Source: Squalus acanthias (Eukaryota). Taken from it: a DNA stretch of 64,000 nt. The translations under genes were made by a program, and so were the position numbers. The notes under the pieces are model-generated. The model did not search any database, had not been told where the DNA came from, and worked only from the letters and a program-made list of their open reading frames with translations. Of this stretch, positions 24,101 to 37,800 are shown in pieces; positions within the stretch are counted from its first letter, which is position 1; every line of letters begins with the position of its first letter. The stretch spans positions 3,598,001 to 3,662,000 of the forward strand of contig JASTWF010000033.1 of NCBI GenBank assembly GCA_030390025.1. The letters are read 5' to 3'.

Positions 24101-27100
24101 GGGCTGTATTAGTTTGAGGGTCTGTATTAGTTTGAGGTACTGTATTAATTTGAGGCGCTGTATTAGTTTGAGGAGCTGTATTTGTTTGAGGGGCTGGATT
24201 AGTTTGAGGGTCTGTATTAGTTTGAGAGGCTGTATTAGTTTGAGGGTCTGTATTAGTTTGAGGAGCTGTATTAATTTGAGGGTCTGCATTAGTTTGAGTG
24301 TCTGTATTAGTTTGAGAGGCTGTATTAGTTTGAGGGTCTGTATTAGTTTGAAGGGCTGTATTAGTTTGAGGGGCTGTATTAGTTTGAGGGGCTGTATTAG
24401 TTTGAGGTACTGTATTAGTTTGAGGGGCTGTATTAGTTTGAGGGGCTGTATTAGTTTGTGGGGCTGTATTAGTTTGAGGTACTGTATTAGTTTGAGGGGC
24501 TGTATTAGTTTGAGGGGCTGTATTAGTTTGAGGGGCTGTATTAGTTTGAGGGGTTGTATTAGTTTGAGGTACTGTTTAAGTTTGAGGGTCTGTATTAGTT
24601 TGAGGGGCTGTATTAGTTTGAGGGTCTGTATTAGTTTGAGGGGAAGTGTTAGTTTGATGTACTGTAGTAGTTTGAGGATCTGTATTATTTTGAGGGGCTG
24701 TATTAGTTTGAGGAGCTGTATTAGTTTGAGGAGCAGTATTATTTAGAGGGGCTTAATTAGTTTTAGCGGCTGTATTAGTTTGAGGTACTGTATTAGTTTT
24801 AGGGTATTAATTAGTTTTAGGGGCTGTATTAGTTTTAGGGGCTGTATTAGTTTGAGGATCTGTATTAGGTTGAGGGTCTGTATTAGTTTGAGGTTTTCTA
24901 TTAATTTGTTGGACTGTATTAGTTTGAGGGTCTGTATTAGTTTCAGGGTCTGTATTAGTTTCAGGGGCTGTATTAGTTTGATGGTCTGTATTAGTTTGAG
25001 GTGCTGTATTATTTTGAGGGTCTGTATTAGTTTGAGGGGCTGTATTAGTTTGATGGTCTGTATTAGTTTGTGGGTCTGTATTAGTTTGATGGACTGTATT
25101 AGTTTGAGGGTCTGTTTTAGTTTGTGGGGCTGTATTAGTTTGAGGGTCTGTATTAGTTTGAGGTACTGTATTAGTTTGAGGAGCTGTATTAGTTTGAGGG
25201 TCTGTATTAGTTTGAGGTACTGTATTAGTTTGAGGAGCTGTATTAGTTTGATGGACTGTATTAGTTTGAGGGTCTGTTTTAGTTTGTGGGGCTGTATTAG
25301 TTTGAGGGTCTCTATTAGTTTGAGGGTCTGTATTAGTTTGAGGGTCTGTATTAGTTTGAGGGGCTGTATTAGTTTGAGTTTCTGTATTAGTTTGATGATC
25401 TGTATTAGTTTGTGGGTCTGTATTAGTTTGATGGACTGTATTAGTTTGAGGGTCTGTATTAGTTTGTGGTGCTGTATTAGTTTGAGGGTCTGTATTAGTT
25501 TGAGGTACTGTATTAGTTTGAGGAGCTGTATTAGTTTGACGGGCTCTATTAGTTTGAGGGTCTGTATTAGTTTGAGGGTCTGTATTATTTTGAGGGGCTG
25601 TATTAGTCTGAGTGTCTCTATTAGTTTGAGGGTCTCTATTAGTTTGAGGGGCTGTATTAGTTTGAGGGGCTGTATTAATTTGAGGCGCTGTATTAGTTTG
25701 AGGAGCTGTATTAGTTTGAGTGGCTGTATTTGTTTGAGGGGCTGTATTAGTTTGAGAGGCTGTATTAGTTTGAGGGTCTGTATTAGTTTGAGGAGCTGTA
25801 TTAATTTGAGGGTCTGCATTAGTTTGAGTGTCTGTATTAGTTTGAGGAGCTGTATTAGTTTGAGGGGCTGTATTAGTTTAAGGAGCTGTATTTGTTTGAG
25901 GGGCTGTATTAGCTTGAGGAGCTGTATTAGTTTGAGGGTCTGTATTAGTTTGAGGGGCTGTATTAGTTTGAGGGGCTGTATTAGTTTGAGGGTCTGGATT
26001 AGTTTGAGGGTCTGTATTAGTTTGAGGGGCTGTATTAGTTTGAGGGGCTGTATTAGTTTGAGGAGCTGTATTTGTTTGAGGGGCTGTATTAGTTTGAGGG
26101 AATATATTAGTTTGAGGGGCTGTATTAGTTTGAGGGGATGTATTAGTTTGAGGGGATGTATTATTTGAGGGGCTGTATTAGTTTGAGGGGCTGTATTTGT
26201 TTGAGGGTCTGTATTAGTTTGAGGGGCTGTATTAGTTTGAGGGTCTCTATTAATTTGAGGGTCTGTATTAGTTTGAGGGTCTGTATTAGTTTGAGGAGCT
26301 GTATTAATTTGAGGGTCTGTATTAGTTTGAGGGGCTGTATTAGTTTGAGGATCTGTATTAGTTTGAGGGGCTGTATTAGTTTGAGGGGCTGTATTAGTTT
26401 GAGGAGCTGTATTAATTTGAGGGTCTGTATTAGTTTGAGTGTCTGTATTAGTTTGGGGAGCTGTATTAGTTTGAGGGGCTGTATTAGTTTGAGGAGCTGT
26501 ATTAGTTTGAGGAGCTGTATTAGTTTGAGGATCTGTATTGGTTTGAGGGGCTGTATTAGTTAGAGGGGCTGTATTAGTTTGAGGGGCTGTATTAGTTTGA
26601 GGGGCTGTATTTGTTTGAGGGGCTGTATTAGTTTGAGGAGCTGTATTAGTTTGAGGAGCTGTATTAGTTTGAGGGGCTGTATTAGTTTGAGGATCTGTAT
26701 TGGTTTGAGGAGCTGTATTAGTTTGAGGGGCTGTATTAGTTTGAGGAGCTGTATTAGTTTGAGGAGCTGTATTAGTTTGAGGGGCTGTATTAGTTTGAGG
26801 ATCTGTATTGGTTTGAGGGGCTGTATTAGTTTGAGGATCTGTATTGGTTTGAGGGGCTGTATTAGTTTGAGCGGCTGTATTAGTTTGAGTTACTGTATTA
26901 GTTTGAGGAGCTGTATTAGTTTGAGGAGCTGTATTAGTTTGAGGGTCTGTATTAGTTTGAGGGGCTGTATTAGTTTGAGGGTCTGTATTAGTTTAAGGAT
27001 CTGTATTATTTTGAGTTACTGTATTAGTTTGAGGAGCTGTATTAGTTTGAGGAGCTGTATTAGTTTGAGGGTCTGTTTTAGTTTGAGTTACTGTATTAGT

Positions 27101-28335
27101 TTGAGGAGCTGTATTAGTTTGAGGAGCTGTATTAGATTGAGGAGTTGTATTAGATTGAGGGTCTCTATTAGTTTGAGGGGCAGTATTATTTTCAGGGGCT
27201 GTATTAGTTTGAGGGGCTGTATTAGTTTGAGTTGCTGTATTAGTTTGAGGAGCTGTATTAGTTTGAGGAGCTGTATTAGTTTGAGGAGCTGTATTAGTTT
27301 GAGGGGCAGTATTATTTTCAGGGGCTGTATTAGTTTGAGGGGCTGTATTAGTTTGAGTTGCTGTATTAGTTTGAGGAGCTGTATTAGTTTGAGGAGCTGT
27401 ATTAGATTGAGGGGCTGTATTAATTTGAGGCTCTCTATTAGTTTGAGGGGCTGTATTAATTTGAGGCTCTCTATTAGTTTGAGGGGCTGTATTAGTTTGA
27501 GGAGCTGTATTAATTTGAGGATCTGTATTAATTTGAGGGTCTGTATTAGTTTGAGGGTCTGTATTAGTTTGAGGGTCTGTATTAGTTTGAGGAGCTGTAT
27601 TAGTTTGAGGAGCTGTATTAATTTGAGGGTCTGTATTAATTTGAGGGTCTGTATTAGTTTGAGGGTCTGTATTAGTTTGAGGAGCTGTATTAGTTTGAGG
27701 AGCTGTATTAGTTTGAGGGGCTGTATTAGTTTGAGGAGCTGTATTAGTTTGAGGGGCTGTATTAGTTTGAGGAGCTGTATTAGTTTGAGTGACTGTATTA
27801 GTTTGAGGAGCTGTATTAGTTTGAGGAGCTGTATTAGTTTGAGGTGCTGTATTAGTTTGAGGGTCTGTATTAGTTTGAGGAGCTGTATTAGTTTGAGTGA
27901 CTGTATTAGTTTGAGGAGCTGTATTAGTTTGAGGAGCTGTATTAGTTTGAGTGACTGTATTAGTTTGAGGAGCTGTATTAGTTTGAGGAGCTGTATTAGT
28001 TTGAGGGACTGTATCAGTTTAAGGGTCTGTATTAGATTGAGGAGCTGTATTAGTTTGAGGGACTGTATCAGTTTAAGGGTCTGTATTAGATTGAGGAGCT
28101 GTATTAGTTTTAGGGGCTGTATTAGTTTGATGTACTGTATCAGTTTAAGGGTCTGTATTAGTTTGAGTGACTGTATTAGTTTGAGGGTCTCTATTAGATT
28201 GAGGAGCTGTGTTAGTTTTAGGGGCTGTATTAGTTTGATGTACTGTATCAGTTTAAGGGTCTGTATTAGTTTGAGGGTCTGTATTAGTTTGAGTGTCTGT
28301 ATTAGTTTGAGGTTCTCTATTAATTTGTTGGACTG

Positions 28336-29663
28336 GACAGGATAGGATAGGACAGAGTCAACATGGATTTACAAACGGTAAATCGTGCTTGACTAATCTA
28401 TTGGAATTTTTTGAGGGAGTAACTGGTAAAATAGATGGGGGAGAGCCAGTAGATGTGGTGTACCTGGACTTCCAAAAGGCCTTCGATAAGGTCCCACATA
28501 AAAGATTAGCAGGGAAAATTGAAGCTCATGGGATAAAGGGGAAAGTATTGACGTGGATAGAGAACTGGCTGTCAGATAGAAAACAGAGAGTTGGAATAAA
28601 AGGCTCATTTTCTGAATGGCAGGCAGTAACAAGTGGGGTACCACAGGGATCTGTCCTGGGTCCCCAGCTGTTCACAATTTACATTAATGACCTGGATCAG
28701 GGAGTCGGATGCAGCATTTCCAAATTTGCAGACGACACTAAACTAGGAGGGGGGGTGGGCTCAGAGGAGGAGACCAGGAAGCTCCAGAGCGATTTGGACA
28801 GACTGGGTGATTGGGCGGATAAATGGCAGATGCACTATTATGTGGACAAGTGCGAAGTTATCCACCTTGGGTGCAGGAAAGGGAGGGCAAATTATTATTA
28901 AAATGGCAATAAATTGGGAGAGGGGGAAGTACAGAGAGACCTGGGTGTTCTTGTACACCAGTCACTGAAGGCGAGCATGCAGGTGCAACAGGCGATCAAG
29001 AAGGCAAACGGTATGCTGGCCTTCATAGCAAAAGGGTTGGAATACAGGAACAGGGATACCTTGCTGCAGCTGTACAGGGCACTGGTGAGACCACACCTCG
29101 AGTACTGTGTACAGTTTTGGTCGCCTCATCTGAGGAAAGATGTTCTTGCCATGGAGGGGGTGCAGCGGCGATTCACCAGGCTGATACCAGGAATGGCGGG
29201 ATTGACCTATGAGGAGAGACTATGTAGTTTAGGGATGTACACACTGGAGTTTAGAAGATTGAGAGGGGACCTCATAGAAGTGTATAAAATTCTGACAGGT
29301 CTAGACAGACTAGATGCAGAAGGAATGTTTCCCTTGGCGGGTGAGAACAGAACTAGAGGACATAATTTAAGGATAAGGGCTAAACCATTTAGGACAGAAA
29401 TGAGGGGGAATTTCTTCACTCAGAGGGTGGTGAACCTGTGGAACTCATTGCCACAGAGGGCAGTGTACGCCAGCTCATTAAATATATTTAAGAGGGAATT
29501 CGATATATTTCTACAGGCAAAAGGGGTTAAGGGTTACGGAGAGAAGGCGGGGACGGGATACTGAATTGGAGGATCAGCCATGATCTCATTAAATGGCGGA
29601 GCAGGCTCGAAGGGCCGGATGGCCTACTCCTGCTCCTATCTTCTATGTATCTATGTATCTATG
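28336..29663 (+). mobile_element. 5'-truncated CR1 LINE (RT domain to 3' tail), copy A, with nonsense mutation
   Basis: QHGF, YLDFQKAFDKVPH, GVPQGSVLGP and KFADDTKL motifs; TAA at 28899-28901; 3' UTR hairpin region and (TATCTATG)n tail. Confidence 0.96.
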
Positions 29664-32600
29664 TATTAGTTTGAGGGTCTATATTAGTTTCAGGGTCTGT
29701 ATTAGTTTGAGGGGCTGTATTAGTTTGAGGGGCTGTATTAGTTTGAGGAGCTGTATTAATTTGAGGTTCTGTATTAGTTTGAGGGGCTGTATTAGTTTGA
29801 GGAGCTGTATTAGTTTGAGGGGCTGTATTAGTTTGAGGGGCTGTATTAGTTTGAGGGGCTGTATTAGTTTGAGGGTCTGTATTAGTTTGAGGGGCTGTAT
29901 TAGTTTGAGTTACTGTATTAGTTTGAGGAGCTGTATTAGTTTGAGGGTCTGTATTAGTTTGAGGGGCTGTATTAGTTTGAGGGTCTGTATTAGTTTAAGG
30001 AGCTGTATTAGTTTGAGTTACTGTATTAGTTTGAGGAGCTGTATTAGTTTGAGGAGCTGTATTAGTTTGATGGTCTGTTTTAGTTTGAGGGGCTGTATTA
30101 GTTTGAGGGTCTGTATTAGTTTAAGGATCTGTATTAGTTTGAGTTCCTGAATTAGTTTGAGGAGCTGTATTAGTTTGAGGAGCTGTATTAGATTGAGGGT
30201 CTCTATTAGTTTGCGGGGCTCTATTATTTTCAGGGGCTGTATTAGTTTGAGGGGCTGTATTAGTTTGAGTTACTGTATTAGTTTGAGGGTCTGTATTAGT
30301 TTGAGGAGCTGTATTAGTTTGAGGGTCTGTTTTAGTTTGAGGGTCTGTATTAGTTTAAGGATCTGTATTAATTTGAGGGTCTGTATTAATTTGAGGGGCT
30401 GTATTAGTTTGAGGAGCTGTATTAGTTTGAGGAGCTGTATTAGTTTGAGGTACTGTATTAGTTTGAGGAGCTGTATTAGTTTGAGGATCTGTATTAGTTT
30501 GAGGAGCTGTATTAGTTTGAGGTACTGTATTAGTTTGAGGATCTGTATTAGTTTGAGGAGCTGTATTAGTTTGAGGAGCTGTATTAGTTTGAGGTACTGT
30601 ATTAGTTTGAGGAGCTGTATTAGTTTGAGGAGCTGTATTAGTTTGAGGGACTGTATTAGTTTGAGGATCTGTATTAGTTTGAGGGGCTGTATTAATTTGA
30701 GGAGCTGTATTAGTTTGAGGGTCTGTATTAGTTTGAGGAGCTGTATTAGTTTGAGGAGCTGTATTAGTTTTAGGCTATTAATTAGTTTTAGGGGCTGTAT
30801 TAGTTTTAGGGGCTGTATTAGTTTGAGGTACTGTATTCGTTTGATGTACTGTATCAGTTTAAGGGTCTGTATTAGTTTGAGGGTCTGTATTAGGTTGAGG
30901 GTCTGTATTAGTTTGAGGTTCTCTATTAATTTGTTGAACTGTATTAGTTTGAGGGTCTGTATTAGTTTCAGGGTCTGTATTAGTTTGAGGGGCTGTATTA
31001 GTTTGATGGTCTGTATTAGTTTGAGGTGCTGTATTATTTTGATGGTCTGTATTAGTTTGTGGGTCTGTATTAGTTTGATGGACTGTATTAGTTTGAGGGT
31101 CTGTATTAGCTTGAGGAGCTGTAGTAGTTTGAGGGTCTGTATTAGTTTGAGGGTCTGTATTAGTTTGAGGGTCTGTATTAGTTTGAGGGGCTGTATTAGT
31201 TTGAGGGGCTGTATTAGTTTGAGGAACTGTATTAGTTTGAGGGGCTGAATTAGTTTGAGGGGCTATATTAGTTTGAGGGGCTGTATTAGTTTGATTGGCT
31301 GAATTATTTTGAAGAACTATATTAGTTTCAGGGGCTGTATTAATTGGAGGGGCTGCATTAGTTTGAGTGTCTGTATTAGTTTGAGGGTCTGTATTAGTTT
31401 GAGGGTCTGTATTAGTTTGAGGGTCTGTATTAGTTTGAGGAGTTGTATTCGTTTGAGGAGCTATATTAGTTTGAGGGTCTGTATTAGTTTGAGGGGCTGT
31501 ATTAGTTTGAGGGGCTGTATTAGTTTGAGGGTCTGTATTAGTTTGAGGATCTGTATTAGTTTGAGGATCTATATTAGTTTGAGGGGCTGTATTAGTTTGA
31601 GTGTCTGTATTAGTTTGAGGGGCTGTATTAGTTTGAGGGGCTGTATTAGTTTGACGGGCTGTATTAGTTTGAGGGTCTGTATTACTTTGAGGTACTGTAT
31701 TAGTTTGAGGATCTGTATTCGTTTGAGGGGCTGTATTAGTTTGAGGGGCTGTATTAGTTTGAGAATCTGTATTAGTTTGAGGTTCTCTATTAGTTTGAGG
31801 GTCTGTATTACATTGAGATTCTCTATTAGTTTGAGGTTCTCTATTAGTTTGAGGATCTGTATTAGTTTGAGGTTCTCTATTAGTTTGAGGGGCTGCATTA
31901 GTTTGAGGAGCTGTATTAGTTTGAGTTTCTCTATTAGTTTGAGGGGCTCCATTAGTTTGAGGGGCTGTATTAGTTTGAGGGGCTGTATTAGTTTGAGGGT
32001 CTGTATTAGATTGAGGGGCTGTGTTAGTTTGAGGGGCTGTATTAGTTTGAGGGACTGTATTAGTTTGAGGGGCTGTATTAGTTTGAGGGACTGTATTAGT
32101 TATGAGTTTGAGGAGCTTTATTAGTTTAAGGGTCTGTATTAGTTTGAGGGTCTGTAATATTTTGAGGAGCTGCATTAGTTTGAGGTACTGTATTAGTTTG
32201 AAGTACTGTATTAGTTTGAGGGGCTGTATTAGTTTGAGGTACTGTATTAGTTTGAGGTACTGTATTAGTTTGAGGAGCTGTATTATTTTGAGGTACTGTA
32301 TTAATTTAAGGGTCTGTATTAGTTGAGGTGCTGTATTAGTTTGAGGGTCTGTATTAGTTTGAGGGTCTGTATTAGTTTGAGGGTCTGTATTAGTTTGAGG
32401 GGCTGTATTAGTTTGAGGGGCTGTATTAGTTTAAGGGTCTGTATTAGTTTGAGGGTCTGTATTAGTTTGAGGGGCTGTATTAGTTTGAGGGGCTGTATTA
32501 GTTTAAGGGTCTGTATTAGTTTGAGGGTCTGTAATAGTTTGAGGAGTTGTATTAATTTAAGGTGCTGTATTAGTTTGAGGCGTTGTATTAGTTTGAGGAT

Positions 32601-34516
32601 CTGTATTAGTTTGAGGGGCTGTATTAGTTTGAGGGGCTGTATTAGTTTGAGGGTCCATATTAGTTTGAGGGGCTGTATTAGTTTGAGGGGCTGTATTAGT
32701 TTGAGGGGCTGTATTAGTTTGAGGAGTTGCATTAGTTTAACGTGCTGTATTAGTTTGAGGATCTGTATTAGTTTGAGGAGCTGTATTAGTTTGAGGGTCT
32801 GACTTAGTTTGAGGAGCTGTATTAGTTTGAGGGTCTGTATTAGTTTGAGGGGCTGTATTAGTTTGAGGATCTGTATTAGTTTGAGGAGCTGTATTAGTTT
32901 GAGGGTCTGTCTTAGTTTGAGGGGCTGTATTAGTTTGAGGGTCTGTATTAGTTTGAGGGTCTGTCTTAGTTTGAGGGGCTGTATTATTTTGAGGGGCTGT
33001 ATTAGTTTGAGTTACTGTATTAGTTTGAGGAGCTGCATTAGTTTGAGGAGTTGTATTAGTTTGAGGGTCTGTTTTAGTTTGAGGGTCTGTATTAGTTTAA
33101 GGATCTGTATTAATTTGAGGGTCTGTATTAATTTGAGGGGCTGTATTAGTTTGAGGAGCTGTATTAGTTTGAGGAGCTGTATTAGTTTGAGGTACTGTAT
33201 TAGTTTGAGGGTCTGTATTAGTTTGAGGGTCTGTATTAGTTTGAGGAGCTGTATTAGTTTGAGGAGCTGTATTAGTTTGAGGAGCTGTATTAGTTTGAGG
33301 GTCTGTATTAGTTTGAGGAGCTGTATTAGTTTGAGGAGCTGTATTAGTTTTAGGCTATTAATTAGTTTTAGGGGCTGTATTAGTTTTAGGGGCTGTATTC
33401 GTTTGATGTACTGTATCAGTTTAAGGGTCTGTATTAGTTTGAGGGTCTGTATTAGTTTCAGGGTCTGTATTAGTTTGAGGGGCTGTATTAGTTTGATGGT
33501 CTGTATTAGTTTGAGGTGCTGTATTATTTTGATGGTCTGGATTAGTTTGTGGGTCTGTATTAGTTTGATGGACTGTATAAGTTTGAGGGTCTGTATTAGC
33601 TTGAGGAGCTGTAGTAGTTTGAGGGTCTGTATTAGTTTGAGGGTCTGTATTAGTTTGAGGGTCTGTATTAGTTTGAGGGGCTGTATTAGTTTCAGGGGCT
33701 GTATTAGTTTGAGGAACTGTATTAGTTTGAGGGGCTGTATTAGTTTGAGGGGCTATATTAGTTTGAGGGGCTGTATTAGTTTGATTGGCTGAATTATTTT
33801 GAAGAACTATATTAGTTTCAGGGGCTGTATTAATTTGAGGGGCTGCATTAGTTTGAGGGTCTGTATTAGTTTGAGGGTCTGTATTAGTTTGAGGGTCTGT
33901 ATTATTTTGAGGGTCTGTATTAGTTTGAGGAGTTGTATTCGTTTGAGGAGCTATATTAGTTTGAGGGTCTGTATTAGTTTGAGGGGCTGTATTAGTTTGA
34001 GGGGCTGTATTAGTTTGAGGGTCTGTATTAGTTTGAGGATCTGTATTAGTTTGAGGATCTATATTAGTTTGAGGGGCTGTATTAGTTTGAGTGTCTGTAT
34101 TAGTTTGAGGGGCTGTATTAGTTTGAGGGGCTGTATTAGTTTGACGGGCTGTATTAGTTTGAGGGTCTGTATTACTTTGACGTACTGTATTAGTTTGAGG
34201 ATCTGTATTCGTTTGAGGGGCTGTATTAGTTTGAGGGGCTGTATTAGTTTGAGGGGCTGTATTAGTTTGAGGAGCTGTATTAGTTTGAGGGTCAGTATTA
34301 CTTTGAGGTACTGTATTAGTTTGAGGATCTGTATTAGTTTGAGGGGCTGTATTAGTTTGAGGGTCTGTATTAGTTTGAGGGGCTGTATTAGTTTGAGGGG
34401 CTGTATTAGTTTGAGGAGCTGTATTAGTTTGAGGAGCTGTATAAGTTTGAAGGTCAGTATTACTTTGAGGTACTGTATTAGTTTGTGGATCTGTATTAGT
34501 TTGAGGAGCTTTATTG

Positions 34517-34630
34517 CATAGAAACATAGAAACTAGGAGCAGGAGTAGGCCATTCGTCCCTTCGAGCCTGCTCCACCATTCGCTACGATCATGGCTGATC
34601 ATCCAAATCCAGTACCCTGTCCCTGCTTTC
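34517..34630 (-). mobile_element. CR1 3'-terminal fragment
   Basis: Reverse complement encodes KAGTGY, followed by GGATGATCAGCCATGATC...CCTACTCCTGCTCCTAG and a (TTTCTATG)n tail. Confidence 0.9.
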
Positions 34631-34817
34631 CAACACAGAATCCCCATCGAGCCTGCACCGACACATATCCAAACCTATCCCCGTAACCCCACGTATTTAA
34701 TTCCCCCTAACATATCCCATCCAATCCTATCCCCGTAACCCCACTTATTTAATCCCCCCCTAACACTAATGTTCAATTTATCATTGCCAAATCAACCTAA
34801 CCCGCACATTTTTGGAC
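34631..34817 (-). mobile_element. Truncated HE1/V-SINE-like fragment with an internal tandem duplication (~52-bp period)
   Basis: Homologous to 17900-18064; CCTATCCCCGTAACCCCAC.TATTTAAT.CCCCCTAACA occurs twice. Confidence 0.8.
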
Positions 34818-37800
34818 ATTAGTTTGGGTTTCTGTATTAGTTTGAGTGTCTGTATTAGTTTGAGGGGCTGTATTAGTTTGAGGGGCTGTATTAGTTTGAG
34901 GGGCTGTATTAGTTTGAGGGGCTGTATTAGTTTGAGGTACTGTATTAGTTTGAGGGGCTGTATTAGTTTGAGCGGCTGTATTAGTTTGAGGCACTGTATT
35001 AGTTTGAGGGGCTGTATTAATTTGAGGGGCTGTATTAGTTTGAGGATCTGTATTAGTTTGAGGTTCTCTATTAGTCTGAGGGTCTGTATTAGATTGAGGT
35101 TCTCTATTAGTTTGAGGTTCTCTATTAGTTTGAGAATCTGTATTAGTTTGAGGTTCTCTATTAGTTTGAGGGTCTGTATTACATTGAGATTCTCTATTAG
35201 TTTGAGGTTCTCTATTAGTTTGAGGATCTGTATTAGTTTGAGGTTCTCTATTAGGTTGAGGGGCTGCATTAGTTTGAGGAGCTGTATTAGTTTGAGTTTC
35301 TCTATTAGTTTGAGGGGCTCCATTAGTTTGAGGGGCTGTATTAGTTTGAGGGGCTGTATTAGTTTGAGGGGCTGTATTAGTTTGAGGGGCTGTATTAGTT
35401 TGAGGTGCTGTATTAGTTTGAGGGTCTGCATTATTTTGAGGGGCTGTATTAGTTTGAGGGGCTGTATTAGTTTGAGGGGCTGTATTAATTTGAGGGGCTG
35501 TATTAGTTTGAGGGACTGGATTAGTTTGAGGGGCTGTATTAGTTTGAGGGGCTGTATTAGTTTGAGGGGCTGTATTAGTTTGAGGGACTGTATTAGTTAT
35601 GAGTTTGAGGAGCTTTATTAGTTTAAGGGTCTGTATTAGTTTGAGGGTCTGTAATATTTTGAGGAGCTGCATTAGTTTGAGGTAATGTATTAGTTTGAAG
35701 TACTGTATTAGTTTGAGGGGCTGTATTAGTTTGAGGTACTGTATTAGTTTGAGGTACTGTATTAGTTTGAGGAGCTGTATTATTTTGAGGTACTGTATTA
35801 ATTTAAGCGTCTGTATTAGTTGAGGTGCTGTATTAGTTTGAGGGTCTGTATTAGTTTGAGGGTCTGTATTAGTTTGAGGGTCTGTATTAGTTTGAGGGGC
35901 TGTATTAGTTTGAGGGGCTGTATTAGTTTGAGGGTCTGTATTAGTTTGAGGGGCTGTATTAGTTTGAGGGGCTGTATTAGTTTGAGGGGCTGTATTAGTT
36001 TAAGGGTCTGTATTAGTTTCAGGGTCTGTAATAGTTTGAGGAGTTGTATTAATTTAAGGTGCTGTATTAGTTTGAGGCGTTGTATTAGTTTGAGGATCTG
36101 TATTAGTTTGAGAGGCTGTATTAGTTTGAGGGGCTGTATTAGTTTGAGGGTCCATATTAGTTTGAGGGGCTGTATTAGTTTGAGGGGCTGTATTAGTTTG
36201 AGGGGCTGTATTAGTTTGAGGAGTTGTATTAGTTTAACGTGCTGTATTAGTTTGAGGATCTGTATTAGTTTGAGGAGCTGTATTAGTTTGTGGGTCTGAC
36301 TTAGTTTGAGGAGCTGTATTAGTTTGAGGGTCTGTATTAGTTTGAGCGGCTGTATTAGTTTGAGGATCTGTATTAGTTTGAGGAGCTGTATTAGTTTGAG
36401 GGTCTGTCTTAGTTTGAGGGGCTGTATTAGTTTGAGGGTCTGTATTAGTTTGAGGGGCTGTATTAGTTTGAGGGGCTGTATTAGTTTGAGGGGCTGTATT
36501 AGTTTGAGGGGCTGTATTAGTTTGAGGGTCTTTATTAGTTTGAGGAGTTGTATTAGTTTAAGGTGCTGTATTAGTTTGAGGCATTGTATTAGTTTGAGGA
36601 TCTGTATTAGTTTGAGGGGCTGTATTAGTTTGAGGGGCTGTATTAGTTTTAGGGTCTGTATTAGTTTGAGGGGCTGTATTAGTTTGAGCTGCTGTATTAG
36701 TTTGAGGGGCTGTATTAGTTTGAGGACTTGTTTTAGTTTAACGTGCTGTATTAGTTTGAGGAGTTATATTAGTTTGAGGGGCTGTATTAGTTTGAGGATC
36801 TGTATTAGTTTGAGGAGCTGTATTAGTTTGAGGGTCTGTCTTAGTTTGAGGAGCTGTATTAGTTTGAGGGTCTGTATTAGTTTGAGGGGCTGTATTAGTT
36901 TGAGGATCTGTATTAGTTTGAGGAGCTGTATTAGTTTGAGGGTCTGTCTTAGTTTAAGGGGCTGTATTAGTTTGAGGGTCTGTATTAGTTTGAGGGGCTG
37001 TATTAGTTCGAGGGGCTGTATTAGTTTGAGGGGTTGTATTAGTTTGAGGGTCTGTATTAGTTTGAGGGGTTGTATTAGTTTGAGGAGTTGTATCAGTTTA
37101 AGCTGCTGTATTAGTTTGAGGAGTTGTATTAGTTTGAGGATCTGTATTAGTTTGAGGGGCTGTATTTGTGTGAGGGACTGTATTAGTTTGAGGGTCTGTA
37201 TGAGTTTGAGGAATTGTATTAGTTAGAGGTGCTGTATTAGTTTGAGGGGCTGTATTAGTTCGAGGGTCTGTATTAGTTTGAGGTACTGTATTAGTTTGAT
37301 GAGCTGTATTAGTTTGAGGGGCTCTATTAGTTTGAGGTTCTCTATTAGTCTGAGGGTCTGTATTAGTTTGAGGGGCTGTATTAGTTTGAGGAGCTGTATT
37401 AGTTTGAGGAGCTGTATTAGTTAGAGGGGATGTATTAGTTTGAGGTTCTCTATTAGTCTTAGGGTCTGTATTAGTTTGAGGTTCTCTATTAGTTTGAGGG
37501 TCTGTATTAGTTTGAGGTTCTCTATTAGTTTGAGGGTCAGTATTAGTTTGAAGGGAAATATTAGTTTGAGGAGCTGTATTAGTTTGAGGGGCTGTATTAG
37601 TTTGAGGGGCTGTATTAGATTGAGGGTCTGTATTAGTTTGAGTGGCTGTAATAGTTTGAGGGGCTGTATTAGTTTGAGGTACCTTATTAGTTTGAGGGGC
37701 TGTAATAGTTTGAGGGGCTGTATTAGTTTGAGGTACTGTATTAGTTTGAGGGGCTGTATTAGTTTGAGGGGCTGTATTAGTTTGAGGGGCTGTATTAGTT

